From NCBI RefSeq assembly GCF_001194135.2, contig NC_068981.1, positions 154,454,507 through 154,518,506 of the forward strand: DNA of 64,000 bases, given 5' to 3'. Each line of letters begins with the position of its first letter. Within the stretch, counting starts at the first letter, position 1. Positions 13,180 through 24,840 of the stretch are shown here, piece by piece. Made by a program: the position numbers and the translations under genes. Below the pieces are notes generated by a model. It was not told the origin of the DNA, searched no databases, and saw only the letters and a list, made by a program, of their open reading frames with translations. This stretch comes from Octopus bimaculoides (Eukaryota).

Positions 13180-13472
13180 NNNNNNNNNNNNNNNNNNNNN
13201 NNNNNNNNNNNNNNNNNNNNNNNNNNNNNNNNNNNNNNNNNNNNNNNNNNNNNNNNNNNNNNNNNNNNNNNNNNNNNNNNNNNNNNNNNNNNNNNNNNNN
13301 NNNNNNNNNNNNNNNNNNNNNNNNNNNNNNNNNNNNNNNNNNNNNNNNNNNNNNNNNNNNNNNNNNNNNNNNNNNNNNNNNNNNNNNNNNNNNNNNNNNN
13401 NNNNNNNNNNNNNNNNNNNNNNNNNNNNNNNNNNNNNNNNNNNNNNNNNNNNNNNNNNNNNNNNNNNNNNNN

Positions 13473-13510
<38 letters not shown>

Positions 13511-13662
13511 GCTTCCTTCAGTTTCCATCTACCAAATCCACTCACAAGGCTTTGATCAGCCTGAGGCTATAGTAGAAGACACTTGCCCAAGGTGCCACAC
13601 AGTGGGACTGAACCCGGAACCATGTGGTAGGTAAGCAAGCTACTTACCACACAACCACTCCT
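12918..13662 (-). mobile_element. SINE family D, full length, internal microsatellite spans a gap
   Basis: Tail cttttactcttttatttgtttcagtcatt... and head gggactgaacccggaaccatgtgg...cttaccacac; repeated at 24121, 46792 and 56296. Confidence 0.9.
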
Positions 13663-14273
13663 ATATATATATTAAATTTTCTGTTGTATTTACTTAACTT
13701 TATTGTAGTTTTTTTATGTATTCATATTTATTTACTGACATTGCTTCATTTATGCACTCCGTATGTAGTAATATTGGTACTTGCAAAATCCTTTTACTCT
13801 TGGCACAAGGGCTGAAATTTGGGGGGAGGGGGGCAGTCGATTAGATCGACCCCATATAATGAAACTATTTGCTATTTATAGCAATATCTGGAGTTTTAAC
13901 CTGCCATGAAATGTCTTGAGGTGTAATCTGTCTGTCATGTTATAGTGTAGTGATATTTATGGGTTTATATATATATATAAATATATATATTGATAAGTAT
14001 ATTTATTTATATATGTATGGCAGATATTGTGGCATTGCTTATATAACTAACACAGATTATGACACAGCAGTCAGCTAATGGAATAAACATCTATTCTCTC
14101 ACATCATTTTTCTTATCTGGTCAATTTTAATTCCTATTCCCCATCTTTGAGACTTCTGGATTTTCAGAATGATGGTGTAGTTACATCCTAGCCTTAATCA
14201 TGGTCTCGATAGACACGTACCAGGCAGGGCCTCACAGAGATTCTTTGAATTCCTACACACACACTCACTCACT

Positions 14274-14319
<46 letters not shown>

Positions 14320-14376
14320 AGTATATATTTATTTGAAAAAATGAATAGAAGTGGCTTTTCTGATAATTTTTCCACT

Positions 14377-14496
14377 TAGAAACTCTGCCAAATCAGATTG
14401 GAGCCTGGTGTAGCCATCTGGCTCACCAGTCCTCAGTCAAATCGTCCAACCCATGCTAGCATAGAAAGCAGACGTTAAACGATGATGATGATGATG
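14377..14496 (+). mobile_element. Family E 3' tail with (GAT)n
   Basis: aactctgccaaatcagattggagcctgg...ccaacccatgctagcatagaaagcagacgttaaacgatgatg. Confidence 0.85.
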
Positions 14497-15364
14497 CTCA
14501 TAAGTTATTAGGTGTTTACAATCTAATTACTAAAGAGGAAAAATTAACAGAAAAGCCTATTCAATCTCTGGTGACCAAAATGTCTTGTAGCTACAGATTC
14601 AAGGATGTGAGGAAGTGACATATGAAATAATTTTGCTGGGGAACAAGTAAGTGTTGCTGACAAGAAAAGCATCCATGCTAGCTTAGAACATCTAATCTAA
14701 GCTATCATGGAGAAATGGTCATTCTTCCACACTGAAAAACAGACAAACAATGGAACATAAAATCCATGGCTTCACTTATTTTTGTTAATAGAAAGCTGCA
14801 CTTTCTCTTTATATATACAAATATCATTTAATGAATACAGGAATTATATATGAGATATTTCAAGTTTCATGCCACATTTAGAGCATTAACTGGACAGACT
14901 TGTATAATGTATCTTGCACAGTCCATCAACCAGAAATCTTTCAGGTTCACACTCAAGCCATCTCCATACATACATACTTATATATATTTATAATAATGAA
15001 CTTTTACTTAGCTTCTATTATATTTAACCCACATAGCTTTATCAGAAGACATTAATTGTGATGCAGTTAGAGTGGGAGTGAACCAAGAAACACATGGTTA
15101 TGAAGCAAACTTCTTAACCACCGTGTAACAAAAAATTAAACAATAAAACTCAATGAAAAAAGTTTTCGTATTTATCTACTTGCAGAAATAAGTCAATCTC
15201 ACAAGCAATTATTTATAACAAAAGAACTTAGTAATTCTCCACTTACTGATTACTTAAGCTGTGATTAAGTGTCTAATTATTAATGCAACTTGTGTCTTTA
15301 AAAAGTATTCAAATTAAAATTAGTTCATTTGTTATTTACAAATTGACTGTATTTTATAACTCAC

Positions 15365-15456
15365 CTGGCCACTTCTTTCTTTAGCTGTTCATGTTTCATA
15401 AGAAGACGTTTTCTCTCTGTGAAAGTCTTCCGGACACGATAACCCCGAAAGGAAGA
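15365..15456 (-). CDS. INVS: Inversin exon (IQ motif 1, basic coiled segment)
   Basis: ctatgttgatAG|TCT TCC ... GCC AG|GTgagt; encodes SSFRGYRVRKTFTERKRLLMKHEQLKKEVA versus human AVYKGYKVRKAFRDRKNLLMKHEQLRKDAA. Confidence 0.95.
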
Positions 15457-15458
15457 CT

Positions 15459-15655
15459 ATCAACATAGAAGTAGATGGAAATGGTAACATTGAAATAAAT
15501 GTAATAGCAATGCAGAAGCAGATGGAAATAGCAACATGGAAATAGATGGTATAGCAACATAAATATATATGGAATAGCAAGACAGAAGTAGGGAGAATAT
15601 TACCATAAGCACTAGATGGAATGATAACAGAAGTAGATGAAATAACAACACAAAA
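15459..15655. repeat. Degenerate ~21-bp tandem repeat abutting the INVS IQ-exon acceptor
   Basis: Recurrent aacagaagtagatggaaatagc-like units. Confidence 0.65.
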
Positions 15656-15911
15656 ATGCTAAGGAATAGATAAGTACAAATATGACCTGTACAGCCAAAT
15701 CTTTGACTGATTACTGTTTAGAATTATGAAAACTTTACTTTAACTGCAGATAGAATTGATTGCCAAGATAGTTTCTTGCTACAGTTGATGATATTAGGAA
15801 GTGTAATATTATTTGGAGAGGTTTTCTTTTTTCAGTGAATTGCATAGATGTTAGGTTGGAAATTATTACTTTGCTTCATCACCAGTTACATCAACGAAGG
15901 AGCCTGTATAT

Positions 15912-16126
15912 CAGTGGTTCTCATCTAGGGTCCATATGACCCTTGGAGATCCACATAAAATTCCGTTGTTAAAGTTTATGTGTAATAATTTGGTTATATT
16001 TCTACAATACACAAAATATTTTAACAAACTATAAAAATATCATAGGATTTTTTAAACAGCAAATGGCTATGAGGGTCCATCCAAGTAAAACAGGAACCAT
16101 GGGTAAAAAATGGTTGAGGACCACTT
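15912..16126. mobile_element. hAT/Charlie-type MITE
   Basis: Ends cagtggttctca ... ggttgaggaccactt resemble CAGTGGTTCTCAACC TIRs. 8-bp flanks ctgtatat / cagtataa match 6 of 8. Confidence 0.6.
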
Positions 16127-16134
16127 CAGTATAA

Positions 16135-16310
16135 GGTCGCCTGATCTGTTAGAAACAACAGCCAAATCTTCCTTGAATCACACACTGCTGTCTTAATTAT
16201 GGAAAGGACAAATTGTAAAATACTGTCCTAGAAACTTTTAAACACACAGGATGCTTTTGAACATAGGCCTGCTTTATTAACATTGTTGTTGTAAAACAAC
16301 AACAGCATCA
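16135..16310 (+). mobile_element. Family G retroposon 3' tail with (AAC)n end
   Basis: ctgttagaaacaacagccaaatct...aatcacac recurs at ~23715, ~28570 and (reverse) ~44600. Confidence 0.6.
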
Positions 16311-16711
16311 TTATCATCAGAAGCATCATCATTATCATCATCATCATCATCATTACTATTCATAAGGTTGATTATACTGGAGTACAACCTATGCCTTGCT
16401 CCATTTACCTTGTCCAGAGTGCCCTCAAGAAAGTTCTATAACTTGTATTCTACACAATGTTGCAGTACAAACAAATCGCAAATGAGATTATTCTTTGTAA
16501 TATGATTATGCAAAATATATTATATTATACAAAGGCAAGCTGAGACATGGAGTTCATCTGATAAGTCTTCCACAAGAAGCTGCTTAAAGAGATCAACATT
16601 AAGAATTTGTATTGTTTGAAATACATTCCAATGGAAGACATTAGTTTATAGAGCTAAGTTCAAATTCTTTTAGAGGCAAAACAGTTGTGATACACAACTG
16701 ACATCATCATC

Positions 16712-16743
<32 letters not shown>

Positions 16744-17612
16744 TATTATTATCATCATCCTTACTACCACCCAGCTGTATAATACCCTCAAAGCCAGAAT
16801 AAGCTCCCAGCATACCTCACCAACAATCCAAAGCACTTCTTGTGCTGGTTATGTATACAAGAATCTGTAGTGAAAGATAATGTTCAAATACTGTTCAATC
16901 AATATTGCTTCTAATACACAAAACACTAATTTCACAAGAAATGAATTTACTGTTCTTTGATTACAGTTAACAGCCAGAACCTTATCATAAGTGAAATTGA
17001 TAAATATAGGTTTCAATCAATTAGATTTGAATAGATATATAAGGTAAAGATTATGAACAGGAAGTAGGTGAAGGAATCTATTCTGCATAATGATAGTATG
17101 AGGATAATAAACATTTTCAAAAGATACCTTTTTTCTTTGTTAATTTTCAATTAAAAATCATGATTTCCTGGTATGTTCTTACAATGAGATCACGTTATGT
17201 TATAACATTGCATTTCTATACAGAATGACAGATACTCTCTCTTTCGATATAGACTTCAGTATTTTTATCACTAATTGTTGGTAGATACCATGCAAACAAA
17301 AATGTTGCTTTGTTCACACCCTAAATATATCTTATGTGATAATGGTATAAAACTAATTTACTAAAATCGATGTTTCTCAGTAAAAAAAAAAAAAAAAATC
17401 TTTCCTCACTTGAACTGAAAGTATTGTGACTTGGAAAGAAAGAACTTCTTAAGAAGCTTGCTTTGCAACTGTGTAGTTTCAGGTCCATTCCCATTATGTG
17501 GCACTTTGAGCAAGTGTCTTCTTATAGTTCCTGGCCAACCAATGCTTTGTGAGTGAATTTGTTGGACAGAAACTATGTGCAAGCCCACGTGCGCACGTGT
17601 GCATGTGTGTGT

Positions 17613-18106
17613 GTGCAAGAGAGAAGACTGTGCTGGTATAGTCATGTAATGTGTATGAATGAAGACAGTTGCATCAAGAAGTGCCAAGCTCTAATTGTGG
17701 AGGGAATGTGCAGAAGGGGTAGACCCAGGAAAACGAAATGATGAGAAAGGATCTATAGATGTTGGGCCTCACTGAGGAGATGACAGGGGACTGAGGCACC
17801 TGGCAGTTTGCTGTGCTTGAGAAGACACATCAAGCTAAGTAAATATATAGTCATCCTTGCATACTAGCATGTCCCCTGCACCCATCTTCAACTGAGCATT
17901 CCTAATCTTGTGGGACTGTGGAAGCCCTTGTGCTGGTGTTATGTAAAAGCACCCAGTACACTCTATAAAGGGGTTGGCATTAGGAAGGGCATCCAACCAT
18001 AGAAAGCATGTCAAAACAGCTCTTCAGCTGACCTGCTACCGTCAAACCGTCCAACCCATGCCAGCAGGGAAAATGGATGTTAAATGATGATGATGATGAT
18101 GATGAA
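17613..18106 (+). mobile_element. RTE LINE 3' end (RT C-terminus + family E tail)
   Basis: VQERRLCWYSHVMCMNEDSCIKKCQALIVEGMCRRGRPRKT, followed by ttggcattaggaagggcatcc and a (GAT)n tail. Confidence 0.85.
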
Positions 18107-18399
18107 GAAGTAAAAGAATAAAAGAATATATATATATATCTGTGTGTGTGTGTGTTTGTGTTTGTCCTCCACAATCACTTGACAATTAGTGTTAGTTTGT
18201 TTACATTCCTGTAACCTAGCAGTTCAGCAAAAGAATAGAATAAAATAAGTACTAGATTAAAATAAATATTAACATCGATATTTTTGACTAAACCTTTCAA
18301 GATGGTACCCTAACATGGCTGCAATCCATGACAGAGACAAGTAAAAAAGGTAAAAAAAAGAGATTTTCATATTCTTAAGTAAAACCATTACCTATACTA

Positions 18400-18702
<303 letters not shown>

Positions 18703-18711
18703 TATGTTTAC

Positions 18712-18829
18712 CTGTATTTTCTGTGCTGCAATATCTTGGATGCCAATAATTGATAATGCTCCTTGTTCAATCATGTACTGAGCTACATCATGGTGTTCCT
18801 CCATCAATGCATAGTCAAGGGGTGTGTAC
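18712..18829 (-). CDS. INVS: Inversin exon (last ankyrin repeat, start of IQ1)
   Basis: attattAG|G TAC ACA ... ATA CAG|GTaaac; encodes YTPLDYALMEEHHDVAQYMIEQGALSIIGIQDIAAQKIQ versus human YTPLDYALLGERHEVIQFMLEHGALSIAAIQDIAAFKIQ. Confidence 0.96.
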
Positions 18830-19959
18830 CTAATAATAATCATTAAAAGAAAAAAAAAATAATACTTTTTGGGATAACATATGGTCAAGATGAATATGTA
18901 CAATAAGAAATCTACCAATATTACTCTTGTTCTCAATCAATATCACCATTCTTTGGTTATGAATCTCTATTTATATATTGGCGTCTTAATACTTGCATCT
19001 ATATATTGGCATCTTAATATTCAACATGCTCAAAAGTTTCATTATTGTTTCCCCACCCAGAATCTCAGGAACAATTAACTCTCCATACATACATTATGTC
19101 AATGTTTAGTCTATGTTTGTTACTATTTTATCTAACAAAGCAACTTCTATAACACCTTTTTCATCATACCCCATCCCCATACATACATACATACATTTAT
19201 ACATATCTATCTATCTGTCTGTCTGTCTATCTGTCTATAAACACACACTCATACACACATATATCATAAAAAATTCTATCAAATATATTTCGTATCTCTA
19301 GTCAATACTTTTATTAGTATAATGAGAGAATTCTCTATTGGTTTTGTATTATTGGATATACTAGCTGTTTATTACTAAAATGTGAAATACAGAGAACTAA
19401 ATCACAACTGAAATCACACCAAAAGAAATAGAAAAGACATTCTAAAGTGAGAAAATTGCCACAAGCTATACTTGCCCATCATATAATACGATACATTTTT
19501 GTATTCATAAAAGAATATTGCTATATAGTAAAGTGTTCTTTATAGCAAAACAGTATTGCACGGGGGGATAGTTTTTAATCTGGCAGGAATGTCTGTGCAC
19601 CGATGTACTTAATAGCTCTCAAAAGTGTGCCAAATTGTCTTAATATAGTTTTTTAATATTTCAAAGATGTGATATTTTCAAAAGAAGGCTACTGAACGGA
19701 GTTTAATGTACAGAATGTATGTAATTATTAGACATTAGGTTATATTTGTTATGTAATGATAGTTTACTAATACACCCCCCCCCCCCTATCATCTAATTGT
19801 TGAGGCTAATGAACTCTGAATATGAGGGAACTAGGAATAATTGGTTCCATGCATGTGTACTTGTGTCATGGGAACCAGGTTAACTCATTTTTGATAGCAA
19901 GGTACTTTCCAGAATTCTCCACAGTTCATATGATGTAGATCCTTCGTGACTCATATAAA

Positions 19960-20163
19960 CTCTCATAGGGCTGGTTTCCACTTTCTAGATGGGACACCAG
20001 TCCATCGCAGGGTCACTCATTTTTACCAGCTGAGTCAACTGGAGCAACGTGAAATGAAGTGTTTTGTTCAAGAACATAATGCACCGCCTGATCCAAGAAT
20101 CGAAATCACAATCTTATAATCATGAGCCAAACAACCTAACCACTTAGCCATGTGCCTCCACAC
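19960..20163 (-). mobile_element. tRNA-head SINE, family C
   Basis: Reverse strand gtggaggcacatggctaagtggttagg...gatttcgattctt...ttgctccagttgactcagctgg...gcgatggactgg; similar copy at ~55960-56280. Confidence 0.75.
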
Positions 20164-20379
20164 TTATATGATGTAGTACACATGGTTTATTTTTACTGGA
20201 CTTATAGAAATACGTTGCAAGAACAGTTTTGCATATGATATGCACATGTTATTAAGCAAAAATTTAATCAGCACAGGGAAGGTTAATGAGTTATTCTTTT
20301 TATATATAAATTAGTTAGGTAAGATGGAATAATAAGCATGACATTAACTGGCTTTTGCAAATTGGAGTTGATATGCGCA

Positions 20380-22200
20380 TGTGTTAAGTGGTGATATATG
20401 TAAGAAAAATGTGGGTGGGGGAATTTCAGAAAATTGCAGAGAGAAAATTGGGTGACATAATTACTGTTGTGTGATGGAGTTGAGATTCAGTAAAGGTGAT
20501 AGGAGAGGCAAGGATAAGTAGATTGATGTGGAGTAGGTGTTTAGTTCATTAGTTCAGTGAAGTAGAGACCATTGTAATAGCAATGAGACAAGATACTGCT
20601 GTATGTCTGTGGGAGAGTAATTGTAATAATGGTGAGAGTTTATTGCCAAACTGCCAAATGAACTTTTTTTGGTTGTGGTAAATCTCTGGTTCTTTGGAAG
20701 CCGTACTGCAAATTGTGACTAAGGACTGAGATTCCTGGGGTGGGGTGATAGAAGAGGTGATTGTTAATGATTTGTTTCTGTTTGCTTTGAGATGTTGAAA
20801 GTCAGTGTGAAAAGTCAGTAGGCTGCTGGGTCGAAGAGGTTTTCCATTCTTAGAAACAGTGTAAAAATGTAGCATGTTTTCAGACTCCTGCAGTAATGAA
20901 GAGGAGGAGTTAAAGTGTTTGATAAGGATGGAAACTATCAAGAGCTCACTGAGAAGAATAGATGGGATGATATGAAACCAGTTTCCTTGTTGGTTTGGAA
21001 TGACTGGACGGGATTTTGAACTGTGTGCATGTTGTGGTAAGGCTTGAAATAAAGTTCAGGAGGAATTTCTTTGAATATACAGTGTGAAATTAGAGGTGAA
21101 GTTAGTAGTAAATTTTTTTATTCTTCTACTCATTTCAGTCATTAGACTGGGACACTACCTTGAAGAATTTTTATTTGAATGAATCATCCCTAGTACTTCT
21201 ATTGCTGAACTGCTAAGTTACGGGGATGTAGACACACCAGAAACAGTTGTCAAGTAGTGGTGAGGGCGTGGGGGACAAACACAGACACAAAGACACACAC
21301 ACACATTTATGACTAGCTTCTTTCAGATTCCATCTACCAAATCCACTCACAAAGCTTTGGTCGACCTGAGGCTGTAGTAGAAGATGCTTGGGGTTCCACA
21401 CAGTGGGACTGAATCTGGAGTCATAAAATTAGTGGAGATCATTTTAGCAAGGAACCACAAGGTTTTGCTACAAATAGTTGACAGGAGAGCTTACAGACTA
21501 AGGGATGCACAAAGGAATCCTTTGCTTTTCTGAAGATAGACCTGCAGGCATATTGGCAGAGGGTTGAAAACCTCCGAAATAGCTGACTTGAAGTAGAAGA
21601 GGCTTTGGAGGGAAGTTATTGGCTGTTAGGAGAGGTATGTTGCCTATGTAAACAGTGACTAGATGATCCAATGTATTCTGTAACAATAATATATAGGTTT
21701 GGAGATGAGGAACAGATCAAGTTTGTTTAGTATGTTAGTGTGAGTGTCAAAGATGCATGTAGGAAAAGATACAAACTAGTATAGGGAGTCAAAGATGGCC
21801 TGACAATTTGGTCTCTGAGCCAGCAGTTCCAGAATGAATTCTGTTCATTCATTATATATACAAATATGCTGACTTCAGAAAGAGAGATGACTTCACTAAA
21901 GGAAGTGAGATATTCAGATAGCAGATGTGACTGGAAAAGTTTGGGAAACAGCAGAAATGACAAACATGAAGTCAGTGGGGATAGAGAAGTAACAAACATG
22001 AAGTCAAGTCAGCGGGGGGTGGGGGTGGGGGGTTTAGAAGAAATAAAAAAAACATGAAGTCAGCAGAGATAGAGAAGAAGCCATTGATGCTGAAATCTAG
22101 GTAAGAGAGGTGTGTAGAAGGAAAAGGAGATTCCATGTCAGTACAGATAGATTTTTTTCAGAGGAAAGCTAGATCAGGAAGTGTCACCTGGATACTGACA
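20380..22200 (-). mobile_element. Degraded CR1/L2-like LINE ORF2 relic, interrupted by a family D SINE
   Basis: Reverse strand gives frameshifted LLQLLSHRHTAVSCL-YCYYNGL..TEL, like the LQPLSHRR.VA.L.LFYRYY.G.CSSEL motif of CR1-group ORF2. Confidence 0.45.
21130..21420 (-). mobile_element. SINE family D
   Basis: cagtcattagactg...gctaagttacggggatgtagacacacc...atccactcacaaagctttggtcgacctgaggct. Confidence 0.8.
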
Positions 22201-22600
22201 ATGGTCAAGAGATAGAAGATGAGAGTTTCATGTGAGACTATATACAATTAATGACCAGCTTTAAAAGTAATTGGCAATCACTAAATAAAAGATGTGAAAG
22301 GCATAAGGAATGAAAGAGAAACCTAATGAAAACAGTGGATATAAATATGTTTGTGTGGGTAGTTTAGGGATATGAGACAATAGTATAATATAAAATGATG
22401 CTTTCATGAGGTAAGAACTCACGGTATAACTAGAAGATTCTGTCTCTATGCAGATGAAACTATACTTTCTTTTAAGAGATATTATACATTGGATAATATA
22501 GTTTTGAGATACACTGTATCTGAAAACAAATGACAAAATGGTCATGGCTGGGATGTCTTTATTGACAGGTCTGTTGGATCAGGATTGAACTGGAGTTTAA

Positions 22601-22731
22601 ACAACAACAGCAGCAGCAAGAAGAAGAAGAAGAAGAAGAAGAAGAAGAAGAAGAAGAAGAAGAAGAAGAAGAAGAAGAAGAAGAATAGTAATAATAATAA
22701 TAATAATAAGAAGAAGAAGAAGAAGAAGAAG
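22601..22731. repeat. Compound (AAC)(CAG)(AAG)n(AAT)n(AAG)n microsatellite
   Basis: Direct reading. Confidence 0.95.
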
Positions 22732-24120
22732 ACAGTGATGATCATGGTAGTGTATATTTTGGTGATTTAGGTGCTGTTTCTAGCAGCTTGTGTGACTGCA
22801 TAGAGGTTTCCTGGTTGGCTGTGTTGTACAGCCTTAAGACTAGTAAGCACAATGATATTGGGGGTTGTGTGCATATGGAGTGGGGGAAATATTGTGGTGA
22901 TTCATTAAAGACAGTATGGCATGGGAGAGGGGAAGATATATCAGATCTATGACAATGATGTGTGTGTGTGGAGGTGGGTGTATTTTAGTGCTATGACAAT
23001 GACAAGAAAGCAGAGTGGGGAGTGGGTTATGACTATGACAGTACAGCACTTGGATGTGATATATTAGTTTTATGACAATGACAATGGGGGTGGGGAATGA
23101 GGTGGGTGGTAGTGTTATGGCAATCTCAGAAAGTCAGGAGTAGGGATGGATATGTTAGAGCTTATACCCTTTCTCTTTGCTGAGACAAAAAACATTATTT
23201 TTTCTGGAAACTGCTCATCTAGGTTATTTCATATCAAACAACACCATTACCACTATTGCAGTTACTACTACCACTATAACCACCACCACCATAGATATCA
23301 CCAGCCAATCTACCATCTACCATCTACCATCAACCATCAGAAGTACCTTAAGCACCACCACCGCTGCCGCCAGTGCCACCAAAATCCTTCTCACTAAATG
23401 CCTCTTCTTCACCGGTAAAAATGATAAAATATCAGAAATTGAAAGTGTTTATCAGTTTCGAGTATGAAATATAAAACTTTGATCTTACCTGAAGCATAAA
23501 GAATATATTTTATCAAAGTGAGATACTCCTCCCCTACAGCAAAGGGATTATTTTGATTGATTAGTTCCTATCATAAAACTCCATACACCTATAATCTCCA
23601 ATAATTTTCCGACTGTTCATCAGTCTTAATGTTTCTCATTGACTTTGGGGAATGTGTTAAAGCTACTCCAAACTACAAATGCTAACACACACACACCTCT
23701 ACGCAGTCAAATGATCTGTTAGAAATAACAGATAAATCTCTCCCTTTTCACACTCTTGTCATCTTAAAAAAACAGAGAAATCCCTTTTCATGTTCAGATT
23801 TTTCTGTTACACGTATTCCTTATTTATTCACATTGTTTTGAATTACTCATGTATTATCTCATAGCTTCAAGATTTTAATGATGTGGTAGTTTAATTTTAG
23901 AATGACATTGTAGAGTAAGTGTGAGAGGCCACATCTGGCCAATTTGAACATAAAGCAGGTAGAATATTTGGACCAGTTATGGCTGATTTAAATGCTAAAT
24001 GGTTAAATATTACAGTCATTCCTGTGCATTATTCTATGTGCTGTTCATGCACTTTTAACTACTTCTTCTGATGAGTTGTAGAGCACTTGAGCACAATAAG
24101 TTCATTATCATTATTATTTT

Positions 24121-24336
24121 GTCTTTTACTTGTCTCAGTCATTAGACTGCAGCCATGCTGCGGTATCACCTTGTGGAATTTGTCTTTAGTTCAACTTATC
24201 GACCCCAGTACTTATTTTCTTTTTAAGCTTGGTACATATTCTATTGGTCTCTTTTACCAAACTGCTAAGTTACAGAGATGTAAACACACTAACACTGGTT
24301 GTCAAGCAGTAGTGGGGGACCAGCACAGACACAAAG

Positions 24337-24367
<31 letters not shown>

Positions 24368-24525
24368 ATGGGCTTCTTTCAGTTTCCATTTACAAAATCT
24401 GCTCACAAGGCTTTGGTTGGTCTGAGGCTATAGTAGAAGACACTTGCCCAAGCTGCACATAGTGGGGCTGAACCTGGGACCATGCGGTTGGGAAGCAAAC
24501 TTCTTACCACACAGCCACACCTGTA
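24121..24525 (-). mobile_element. SINE family D, full length
   Basis: Colinear with the copy at 46792-47209. Confidence 0.9.
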
Positions 24526-24544
24526 CCTATTATGTTGCTTATCC

Positions 24545-24840
24545 TTTTCACCCCTTGTGGAGTATAGGGCCAGTTTCCCGGTTTCCATGGCATATGTGTT
24601 TCCCCCTAGATGGATGGGACGCCAGTCCATTGCAGCTTACTCAAGAAACAGGAAGAAAGAGTGAGAGAAAGTTGGGGTGAAAGAGTACAACAGGGGTCAC
24701 CACCACCCACTGCCAGAGCCTCATGGAGCTTTAGGTGCTTTTCCCTCAATAAACACACATGATGCCCAATCTGGGAATCAAAACTGCGATCCTCCGACCG
24801 CAAGTCCGCTGCCCTAATCACTGGGCCATTGCGCCTCCAT
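24545..24840 (-). mobile_element. tRNA-derived SINE, family B, full length
   Basis: Reverse strand ggaggcgcaatggcccagtgattagggcagcggacttgcggtcggaggatcgcagttttgattccc has A- and B-box-like motifs. The tail gcaatggactggcgtccc...gaaaccgggaaactggccc is shared with 52543-52650. Confidence 0.85.

Noticed and set aside
24765-24840. tRNA gene
   Set aside because: It has A/B-box-like motifs but no complete cloverleaf or Pol III terminator, and continues into a SINE body and tail.
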